A stretch of DNA of 63,432 bases, filler included. It is 5 parts of 5 records of this genome, joined end to end, with 100 filler letters (N's around TTAATTAATTAA, not from the genome) between each part and the next. Parts side by side here need not be neighbours in the genome. Positions count along the whole stretch, not along the records: positions 52,798 to 59,698 come from SRR20825010_23; positions 59,799 to 63,432 come from SRR20825010_65; 3 more parts are not named here. One strand, 5' to 3'. Below are positions 55,951-63,432 of the stretch, in pieces; positions within the stretch are counted from its first letter, which is position 1, and the number at the start of each line of letters is the position of its first letter. The position numbers and the translations under genes are program-made. Under the pieces are notes generated by a model, which saw only the letters and a list, made by a program, of their open reading frames with translations, searched no databases and was not told the DNA's origin.

Positions 55951-57048
55951 TCAATTGTTATCTGTTGTAACAAAAACATTTAATAATTGCCAAAAAGCAT
56001 TATTGCTTACACCACCCGGTTTTAGTCCCCAATTAACTAATGTTGGCACTTTATATTTATGGGCTACTACAATATTAAGTTTTGGAATAACGGTTATGAA
56101 TTGACCTCCCCATCCATGTGCAGTATAAGCTCCTTCAAAATCAGGGTGTTGCTTGAAATTATCTGCTAACCACCACATATAGCCATAAGAAAATTGAAAT
56201 GGACTTGATTCGTTTAGTCCATATCGTTTATTTACAATTTCAGTTGGTGTTACTGTAGTTGTAATTTTATCAATCCAGTTTTTAGATATTATTTGTTTCC
56301 CATTCCACTCCCCTTTATTAAGCATAAGTTGTCCAATTTTAGCCATATCTCTAGTTGATAAATACATATGGTGGGCAGGGTATCTCGATTTACTTTTGTT
56401 GTATTTTTCTTTTTGATTTTTAATATTCCAGTCTTGAAACCCTAAGGGGATTGCAAGCTGTTCTTCAATTTCTTGATACACAGTTTTTCCAGATTTCATT
56501 TCGAGAATAGCACCAGCCACATTAAAGTCCCAATTATTATAAACAAAATACGATCCTGGTTTAACACTACCTCTTTCTAAAATGTTATTTTCGTCATACC
56601 CTCCATTTGCAGGTTCATAAAACACTCCAGAACGAGATGTAATTATATTGTTAACAGTTGCGGTTTTCTCTATTTCTAATAATCCTCTATCTTCATCAAT
56701 ACCAATTTCGCCTATTTTTTGATTTAAGTTTATAACTCCATTTTCAACATATTTTCCGTACAAGATGCTTAAAACACTTTTACGGCAGGAAGCTATATAC
56801 CCTATTTCGGTATTATCTCCATATTCATAAAGAATTTTGCCGTCTTTTAATATCAACATTCCTGTTGTTTCAAGATTATTTTTTAAATAATTTGTTAAGG
56901 AGTCTAATCTTTGTTGGGTAAATCCTGTATTAGCTAAGGTTTCATGTTTTTCAAAAGAAACACCTTCAAATTGAGGTTTATGAGAACCGCAACTCAAGAA
57001 TATGGTCATGCTTAGAATAATAATTACGATTTGTTGTTTTTTTACCAT
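55951..57048 (-). CDS. serine hydrolase, beta-lactamase/PBP-like lipoprotein
   Basis: Lipobox FLSC; SxxK (SCRK), YNN, RDMAKIG, G.GGQ. Confidence 0.88.
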   Translation of the reverse strand: MVKKQQIVIIILSMTIFLSCGSHKPQFEGVSFEKHETLANTGFTQQRLDSLTNYLKNNLETTGMLILKDGKILYEYGDNTEIGYIASCRKSVLSILYGKYVENGVINLNQKIGEIGIDEDRGLLEIEKTATVNNIITSRSGVFYEPANGGYDENNILERGSVKPGSYFVYNNWDFNVAGAILEMKSGKTVYQEIEEQLAIPLGFQDWNIKNQKEKYNKSKSRYPAHHMYLSTRDMAKIGQLMLNKGEWNGKQIISKNWIDKITTTVTPTEIVNKRYGLNESSPFQFSYGYMWWLADNFKQHPDFEGAYTAHGWGGQFITVIPKLNIVVAHKYKVPTLVNWGLKPGGVSNNAFWQLLNVFVTTDNN

Positions 57049-57199
57049 TTTATTGATTTTAAAAATTTAATGATGCGGATGTAAAACTCAACCAATAATT
57101 TTTTATTAATAATTTTTATTTACTGAATTGTATATTATTGATGATGAATTGTATTAATAATACTACATATGTATTTCTGTCAGTACTAATTTTTTAAGC

Positions 57200-57586
57200 C
57201 TATTCATTCTCAATAAGTATTTTTTTAGTATCTACCCATTTCAAAGCTGTGATAATAATAATTAGAAGTGCAATGACTTCAATGCTTGCACAAATTATAT
57301 AATGAGGCATTAAGCTTCCACCTCCAATAACATATATAATAGTTAAAACACTGGCGAGAATATTAAGAATACGATTTAATCGAAAAGATAATGATTTAGA
57401 AAAATAAATCATAAGTATCGGTATATTGGTTATAGCTGCGGCAATGGCCATTGTTGTAATAACTTCTCCAAAAATATTGAGTGTATTTCTATTTACAAGT
57501 TCTATTATAATTGATAGAATATCGGCAAATATTATATTAAGTATTACCACAATCCATAAGGTGGATAATTTGGTTCGTGTATCCAT
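57200..57586 (-). CDS. membrane protein (DUF6326-like)
   Basis: KLSTLWI..ILN..FADI, NR.LNI pattern; about 4 TM segments. Confidence 0.7.
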   Translation of the reverse strand: MDTRTKLSTLWIVVILNIIFADILSIIIELVNRNTLNIFGEVITTMAIAAAITNIPILMIYFSKSLSFRLNRILNILASVLTIIYVIGGGSLMPHYIICASIEVIALLIIIITALKWVDTKKILIENE

Positions 57587-57735
57587 TAGCTACATTTTGA
57601 TATTTTATTTTGCTTTAAAGCATTAAAGGTTTCAGGACTGTAGCCCCCTATTTTAGAGAGTTTATTAAAATTTAATGCGCTTGATAATAACAAAGCAATA
57701 CAGTTTTGCATCTACTACGTTTTAGAATTATAATG

Positions 57736-57780
57736 CAAAATTAAATTTATTTAATAGCAGAAAACGTTCACTTAAGTTAA
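57736..57780 (-). promoter_or_regulatory. Bacteroidota -7 box with upstream palindromic Crp/Fnr-type site
   Basis: TAATTTTG at 57743-57736; TTAACTTAAGTGAA near-palindrome at 57780-57767. Confidence 0.55.
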
Positions 57781-57790
57781 GAAAGGGATA

Positions 57791-58372
57791 TTAGCTTTTT
57801 ATATTTTTTAGAATTCTCGATTTTATCCTACTTAAGGATTGAGGTTTAATACCTATTAAGCTTGCTAGTTGATGTTGTGGAACACGCTGAACAAGGTCTG
57901 GTCTGTTTTGTAATAAACTTAAATAGCGTTGTTCTGGTGAAGTTGTTTTAAACTCGTCTAAGTCTATTTTTTGTTTCATTAAATGTTCTTCTGAAATTAT
58001 GCGACATAAAGATTCAAATTTTGGAAATTTCTGGAACATCTCGTTTTCCATCTCAGGATTAGAAACGGTTACTATAGAATCTTCAATACAATCTAAGTAA
58101 TATTCAGAGGCTTTTTTGTTTAGAACACAATTTGGTGTTATGCCTTCCATTTCTGTATAAAAAGCAGTAGTTTTTTCTTCTCCATCAATAATATAGTAGG
58201 TTCTAATACACCCTTTTAAAACAAAATACCCATTATTAGAGTGCTCGCCTTCTTTTAGTAAAACAGTATTTTTTTTTACAGTGCGAAAAATATCTAGTGA
58301 AGTTAAAACCTCTTTTTCTTTTTCAGAAAGTGAAATGTATTTTGAGATAAATTCAAATAGTAAGTTCTGCAT
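57791..58372 (-). CDS. Crp/Fnr family transcriptional regulator
   Basis: LLKEG, FVLKGCIR, EQRY, LASLIGIKPQSLSRI HTH. Confidence 0.92.
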   Translation of the reverse strand: MQNLLFEFISKYISLSEKEKEVLTSLDIFRTVKKNTVLLKEGEHSNNGYFVLKGCIRTYYIIDGEEKTTAFYTEMEGITPNCVLNKKASEYYLDCIEDSIVTVSNPEMENEMFQKFPKFESLCRIISEEHLMKQKIDLDEFKTTSPEQRYLSLLQNRPDLVQRVPQHQLASLIGIKPQSLSRIKSRILKNIKS

Positions 58373-58403
58373 ATTTTAATTTGGTTTCATTTCGTGAAAT
58401 TAC

Positions 58404-58613
58404 TGACAAGGGTTTTGTATGAGGTTGGTGGCGTGTTTCAGCACCTAATTTAATAAATAAAAACTGAATAGAACTTTGAGGTTTTGGGAGCGAGCCCCGA
58501 AGTGTTGGGGTTGGTATGTAGGCTATAACTAGCAATTAATTTTATGTTTTGTCCTGAAATATGGCTACAGGTTAAAATTGATTTTACGCTATTATTTTAA
58601 TACATTGTTGGCA
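58404..58613. repeat. attC-like element D (apparently composite)
   Basis: TGACAAG ... GTTGGCA; left about 140 nt homologous to B; right end CTATTATTTTAATACATTGTTGGCA complements the left end of E. Confidence 0.75.
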
Positions 58614-58619
58614 ATAGTA

Positions 58620-59549
58620 CTATTTTATTTTAAGTGAGGTCTTATATATTTTACTTAAGCCATTATTACTTTCATTAATATATTTTTTAAATTCTGAAAT
58701 AGAATCGAAATTTCTTGGATGTATATTATTTCTTTTGCTTGTAAAATATAAAATTTGGTTTTGCTCATCATAAAATGGGCAATATTCCATATACTTTGTG
58801 TTCACCGGAATTCCTAGATTTACAGCTTTTTCCCAGTTTCCTTTTGTATCCTTCTTCGAAATATATAAATCTCCACTTCCTTGACCATCTTTTTCATTAT
58901 ATTTTGAATAGATTATGAAATCTTCATTTTCTGAAATAAAAGCATTAAACTCATAGCCGGTACTGTTAATGTTTTTATCTAATAAAATAGGGTTTGAATA
59001 TTTATCACCTTTCCATTCACAATAATAAATATCATCATTTCCAAAACCGTCAGGCGATACCATTGTAAAATATATATTTCCATTTTTACTAACAGAAGGA
59101 TAAAACTCGTCTAATTCTGAATTAATTGGTTTTCCAATGTTTTTAGGTTTTGACCACACCTCATTTTTGTTACCTCTTTCAACAAACCAAATATCAAAAT
59201 CCTTTTTTTTATTAATAGAATCATTTAAAGGTCTATTAGAGACAAAAAATAGTCGATTATTATCAAATGATAAAAAAGGCTCTAAATACATATATGAATC
59301 ACAAAAAGGTAATAATTCTGGTTTTGACCATCCATTTTTTTTCTTTTTAATATAAGCAAGTTGTGAAATTTCTTGATTAGGGCTTTGTACAGTAAAGAAT
59401 GCTTCATTCCCATCTTTTGAAATACAAAAATCTCTTACATTAATAAATTGATTTAGTGCTTTATCAAATTGAGTAATATCAGATTCATTCTGAGCTGATA
59501 ATAAATTTGAAATAAGAATTAACGAAATTACTAATCTGATTTTTTTCAT
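58620..59549 (-). CDS. secreted PD40/TolB-like beta-propeller protein (cassette gene)
   Basis: Signal peptide; repeated FFVSNRP, INS..DEFYP, G.G..D.YIS, NLG.PVNT. Confidence 0.85.
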   Translation of the reverse strand: MKKIRLVISLILISNLLSAQNESDITQFDKALNQFINVRDFCISKDGNEAFFTVQSPNQEISQLAYIKKKKNGWSKPELLPFCDSYMYLEPFLSFDNNRLFFVSNRPLNDSINKKKDFDIWFVERGNKNEVWSKPKNIGKPINSELDEFYPSVSKNGNIYFTMVSPDGFGNDDIYYCEWKGDKYSNPILLDKNINSTGYEFNAFISENEDFIIYSKYNEKDGQGSGDLYISKKDTKGNWEKAVNLGIPVNTKYMEYCPFYDEQNQILYFTSKRNNIHPRNFDSISEFKKYINESNNGLSKIYKTSLKIK

Positions 59550-59575
59550 TATTGAAGTTCTTTTAAAAGTATTAT

Positions 59576-59698
59576 TGCCAACGTTTAGTATAAAAGAAGT
59601 AGGGCTGTAAATAAGCAATTACCTTTCGGATTATCTACAAGCCAGATTTTTAAATTTTACTATTTATCTTTTTTATTGGAAATCGTCAAATTTAAAAA
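59576..59698. repeat. attC-like element E, truncated by contig end
   Basis: Begins TGCCAACGTTTAGTATAAAAGAAGTAG; contig breaks inside it. Confidence 0.7.
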
Positions 59699-59798
59699 NN
59701 NNNNNNNNNNNNNNNNNNNNNNNNNNNNNNNNNNNNNNNNNNTTAATTAATTAANNNNNNNNNNNNNNNNNNNNNNNNNNNNNNNNNNNNNNNNNNNN
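59699..59798. other. artificial contig linker
   Basis: N44-TTAATTAATTAA-N44. Confidence 0.98.
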
Positions 59799-60192
59799 GC
59801 AGACAAAGACCAAGAACAACCATATAGGTAGAAAGATTAGTAGGATCAGGGAACTCCGTGGGATGAAACAGGAAATCCTTGCAGAGGAACTGGGTATTAG
59901 CCAACAGGCTGTTTCCAATATTGAGAACAGTGAAAAGGTGGATGATGCCAAACTGGAAGAGGTTGCCAAAGCTCTTGGTGTCACCAAGGAAGGAATCCAA
60001 CAATTCAACGAAGAGTCTATCTTCAATTATTTCAATAGTTTTCATGATAGTAGTGCCTTCAATACACACTGTACATTTAATCCATTGGATAAGTTAATGG
60101 ATGCTCATGAAGAGAACAAGAAACTTTACGAGCGTCTTCTTCAAGCTGAAAAAGACAAAGTCGCTTATTTGGAAAAGCTTCTAAATAAATAG
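59799..60192 (+). CDS. XRE-family HTH transcriptional regulator, 5'-truncated
   Basis: HIGRKISRIRELRGMKQEILAEELGISQQAVSNIE; frame open to contig start. Confidence 0.9.
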
Positions 60193-60487
60193 CCGCCTTT
60201 TTTCCATGAGTCGATTAAGTCTTCTATTCGGCTCATTAAAAATAATCATCCTTTCCTGAATTTGACTTTTCAAGATTATCCGCTCATTTCTAAACCTTCC
60301 TTTTGGTTCCTATATAACATTGAGTAGTATATAGTATTTCTGGACACAAGACGGGACTGATTTTTGTAGCCTTTATTGTTAAGATTATAAATAACATCTG
60401 GTAAAACATCCAATCGCTTTAAAGGGAAAATTCCAGCGCCAAGTTCTGTCTTGGCCAAACGCGATATTTACTCTTTAAAATAATGAC

Positions 60488-61366
60488 ATGATATTAAAAG
60501 AAAGGCTTGCGAGTATGTACACTTTAAAGACATGGGGGCTTATCGAGTCAGGAATACCTGCACTAGACGATAATAGCACATTTGAGCAAGGAAAAACAAC
60601 ATTGTTAGCTGCACGCCCAGGAATGTTTGCCAAACGTTTGATAGGTCAGTTAATTTTAAGGGTGTGTATACAAAACAAAAATCCCTTAGCCCATTTTAGT
60701 TTTGAAAGATCTGTCAAGGAAACCATTGACCATTATCTTTGGTGCTTGACCTTGGACACTAGGTTTCTGTCATCAGATTCATGCTCTGAAGAACTTGTAA
60801 ATTCAGAGGCAATTGATTATGCCTTCAAATTGTTTGAACAGTCTCCATATTGGATAGAGACCCGAAGGGAATACTCCTATATTGAAAGTTTGATAGACCT
60901 CCTTAGAAAAAGGGTGGAAAATCATAAAATAAGATTGGTCGTGCTAGACTACCTAGAGCTTTGTGGTTCAATTGAGCTTTCAAAGAATAAGTCAATGCCC
61001 ATTGAGAAAAAGAGAAGTGTTGAGCTAAAAAAACTAAAAGCCATTGCCCGTGAGCTTGATGTTCACATTATTATAACAAGTGTATTAAGCAATTATGTTG
61101 ATTTAAGGCCGTATCACGAAAAGCGACCTGAAATTGATGATATCAACATTGAAAAGCCATTTGATTGTGTTGATAATATTATACTTGTCTATCGTCCCGA
61201 ATTTTATGGCATCAAACAATGGGATATTTTTGGTAATAAAAAAGAAAGACTGTCTACTCGTAATTGCTTAGAAATATCTCTACATCAAAAGGAATCTTTC
61301 TCTGGAAAATGTTTATTGGAATTTAATAACCCATGTACCGAGTTTAGAGATATTACACCTTTTTAA
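60488..61366 (+). CDS. DnaB-like helicase C-terminal domain protein with degenerate Walker A
   Basis: SGIPALD, LAARPGMFAK, FSFE, VVLDYLEL, LKAIARELDV, KRP, YRPEFY. Confidence 0.75.
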   Translation: MILKERLASMYTLKTWGLIESGIPALDDNSTFEQGKTTLLAARPGMFAKRLIGQLILRVCIQNKNPLAHFSFERSVKETIDHYLWCLTLDTRFLSSDSCSEELVNSEAIDYAFKLFEQSPYWIETRREYSYIESLIDLLRKRVENHKIRLVVLDYLELCGSIELSKNKSMPIEKKRSVELKKLKAIARELDVHIIITSVLSNYVDLRPYHEKRPEIDDINIEKPFDCVDNIILVYRPEFYGIKQWDIFGNKKERLSTRNCLEISLHQKESFSGKCLLEFNNPCTEFRDITPF

Positions 61367-61372
61367 AGTACT

Positions 61373-62110
61373 CTATGCAATCAATTCTAGAAGTGCGTTA
61401 ATATGTAGTTCCTCCTTTTTCCCCATAGGATGCTCGGTGACAATTATATTCAAATTATCTACAAAGTACTGTTTAGTTTCATATTTGGACCACGGAATAA
61501 CCTTATCTGGCTCGGGCAGGTTGTTTTGTTTATCCAAGCCCATTAGGTTTTTCAGAAAAAAACCCTCCCAACCACCGGTATACATGATTACGGTCTCAGG
61601 TTTGAAAATTTCCAGTTCCTTACGGAATATACTTATGCAATCCTCCCTTTGTAAGTTCCGCAATTTGGGATTTGGATTCATTCCAGTGTTATTCGGTGAT
61701 ACTTTGAAAAGATTGCTCCAAACAACATGCGAAAACCAATCGTCATTTATTTTTGGGAGATGAGCCTCTGTTGTTTTTTTAACAACTCTCCAAAAAGCTG
61801 AACGCTTGGTATTATATTTATTTTTATCATGCTCTCGCTCATGTACCCAGCGCATTTGATTCCCTCGATTGAAAATTCTATCGTTTCCCTCACCAAAAAG
61901 TACATCGGCATCCAGAGAGTTGTTTATCCAGCCATTTACCGATCGTCCGACAAACATAATACGTTGCTTGGGTTCTAAATCAAAATAGTGTTCGCCCCAT
62001 TGGGCACAGAAAACACAGCTGTCATTGGCAAAATTGGATTCATTGACCTTTTGGAGCATTGGGACATACAATTGTTTCAGCTTTGCTTTGTGATTTTTCA
62101 AATCAATCAT
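61373..62110 (-). CDS. uracil-DNA glycosylase-like fold protein
   Basis: IMFVGR, SAFW, WSNLFK, ELEIFKPE, C-terminal EHP. Confidence 0.6.
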   Translation of the reverse strand: MIDLKNHKAKLKQLYVPMLQKVNESNFANDSCVFCAQWGEHYFDLEPKQRIMFVGRSVNGWINNSLDADVLFGEGNDRIFNRGNQMRWVHEREHDKNKYNTKRSAFWRVVKKTTEAHLPKINDDWFSHVVWSNLFKVSPNNTGMNPNPKLRNLQREDCISIFRKELEIFKPETVIMYTGGWEGFFLKNLMGLDKQNNLPEPDKVIPWSKYETKQYFVDNLNIIVTEHPMGKKEELHINALLELIA

Positions 62111-63098
62111 AATCTTTAGTAAGGTTTTTTGTCAGTTTAATGGTTTGGTTCAAAATAGCTTTTTTTAGTGAAGGAGGTTCGACAGATATTAAACTGCCAC
62201 CATAGGAAACCAACTTCATGATAAAATTATGTTTGGGAACAAGTAAAAACCCAAAGGACGTTGAGTCCTTGGTCTTACTGATAATGGTTTGACTATGGTG
62301 TAACGGTACTGCTTCCAAGAAGCTGGCCTGAAATTTTGATAGCGTAATTATTATTTCCACAGGTTCCTCATGAAGACTTGGTTCAACACCATAGGAATGT
62401 TTAAAATAGTCTTGAATGTCATATTTATCTTCAGGATAAGTTTCTTTTAGCAGTTCAATGTGATTTATTCGGTCCAAGCTGAAAATCCTAAAGGATTTTT
62501 TTTCTATATCATGCCCGAAGATATACCAGCGTTGATCATGCTCCTTAATGCCGTAAGGGTTTAGTTTCCTTTTCTGAGGTTTTTCTATATAATTTTTATA
62601 ATGAACAAATGAGAGACCTTTTTTTGTTTCAATTGCCTCCAAAACAAGAGAAAGATATTTTGAGGATGCCTTATTCTTTTCTTGTGGAATGATATAATCA
62701 GGAAGAGTGTCCGAGGCGCTCAATGCCATTATCACATCAAGGTGGCCCAATATGTATTGTGTGGGCTTTCTAGCATCCGATTCATCGACAATATTATACT
62801 TTAACGTTGATTTGTCATATTCAATGGATATTTGATAAATTGAATCAATATTCTTTATGTCCCGCTGAAACGTCCTTAATGAGAACCGAAGGTCCCTGTC
62901 TAATAATATTGATTGTGAATCCAAGTAATCAGCTATTTCATCAAACGTTCTAGGTCTTGTTCGCAGACACTGTACTATTTTTTGTTGCCGTATAGTAATT
63001 TCTTCAAACCTCACGTGTTCTCTTGAATTAGTTAAATTTTTCTCGTGGTAGAGAAATTCATTTAATGAATTGCTCCATTTTTCAAATATAGACTCCAT
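62103..63098 (-). CDS. HTH-WYL-WCX transcriptional regulator
   Basis: RTFQRDI HTH; PYGIKE...RWYI, RIFSLDRI; PLHHSQ. Confidence 0.9.
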   Translation of the reverse strand: MESIFEKWSNSLNEFLYHEKNLTNSREHVRFEEITIRQQKIVQCLRTRPRTFDEIADYLDSQSILLDRDLRFSLRTFQRDIKNIDSIYQISIEYDKSTLKYNIVDESDARKPTQYILGHLDVIMALSASDTLPDYIIPQEKNKASSKYLSLVLEAIETKKGLSFVHYKNYIEKPQKRKLNPYGIKEHDQRWYIFGHDIEKKSFRIFSLDRINHIELLKETYPEDKYDIQDYFKHSYGVEPSLHEEPVEIIITLSKFQASFLEAVPLHHSQTIISKTKDSTSFGFLLVPKHNFIMKLVSYGGSLISVEPPSLKKAILNQTIKLTKNLTKDYD

Positions 63099-63120
63099 GT
63101 GGCTAATATATAGTAGGACA

Positions 63121-63137
63121 ACGCCAAAACTTGTCGT
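63121..63137. promoter_or_regulatory. candidate WYL-regulator operator
   Basis: ACGCCA-AAACT-TGTCGT imperfect inverted repeat 22 nt upstream of the WYL start. Confidence 0.45.
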
Positions 63138-63239
63138 TCATTTTTTTGCCTAGAATAAGCCATTATAGAAACATAACTTCACATAGTATAAGAGGTTTTA
63201 TTCGTAAAGCATATGAATCCCTAGAAACTTTAAGGAGTC

Positions 63240-63398
63240 TGCCTTCCAAAACACATGTGTGCCTGGAATGGCAAATGCAGCGAAGCGAAATGTTGCAAGC
63301 GTCCCAAATGCTTACCTCCAACTTTTGCGCATGGATCCTGTCGGGTTTTTGTAGCGTTCGGGAAGATAAGCGTAAAGCAAAAACACGATAGGGCGCAA
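63240..63398. other. structured non-coding element (two hairpins)
   Basis: TGCCTTCCA/TGGAATGGCA; TTGCGC..CCTGTCGGGTTTTTG / CAAAAACACGATAGG-GCGCAA. Confidence 0.5.
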
Positions 63399-63432
63399 CC
63401 TGCTTTTTGGATTTCAGTAGCCCATATCCTCA

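Noticed and set aside
57586-57711. 41-codon ORF overlapping the DUF6326-like start (TAATG)
   Set aside because: No recognisable motif; could be chance or a gene remnant, so not called
53119-59698. CRISPR array or IS elements as explanation of the repeated spacers
   Set aside because: Repeats are 130-210 nt, divergent and separated by whole genes; no cas genes, transposase or target-site duplications
60276-60458. 60-aa ORF between the XRE and DnaB-like genes; also ORF 63131-63391
   Set aside because: TTG starts and no motifs; the latter overlaps the hairpin element

Overview
The window is not one locus. It is five contig pieces joined by 100-nt artificial linkers (44 N + TTAATTAATTAA + 44 N at 13450-13549, 28698-28797, 52698-52797, 59699-59798), apparently from at least three organisms; the taxa are inferred from gene content, promoter motifs and composition. 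(1) 1-13449, Flavobacteriaceae-like housekeeping block: def, ruvX, dapD, glycosyltransferases, Sua5/TsaC, CCA enzyme, heme A synthase, nucleoid protein, an uncharacterised protein with atypical-kinase motifs, ABC transporter, uvrB start. (2) 13550-28697, betaproteobacterial (Limnobacter-like) iron region: a Fur box between a PepSY-TM/penta-heme cytochrome operon and an imelysin-DHOR-imelysin-DUF1513 operon, plus a PQQ dehydrogenase-like protein with altered metal ligands. (3) 28798-52697, Alcanivorax-like gammaproteobacterial core: carAB, dapB, hrcA-grpE-dnaK-dnaJ, recN, fur, bamE, smpB, tmRNA, then an SRA-like/HNH nuclease, subtilase, FeS photolyase and ahpCF. Several intergenic spacers carry period-7 hairpin repeats. 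(4) 52798-59698, AT-rich Flavobacteriaceae-like contig and the main find: co-oriented accessory genes separated by ~133-210 nt imperfect palindromes bounded by TGCCAAC...GTTGGCA-type cores. The two ends of each gene unit match each other, as in integron cassettes, but no integrase is visible. (5) 59799-63432, Bacteroidota-like accessory contig: XRE regulator, DnaB-like protein with a degenerate Walker A, WYL regulator + UDG-fold gene pair, and a GC-richer hairpin element.
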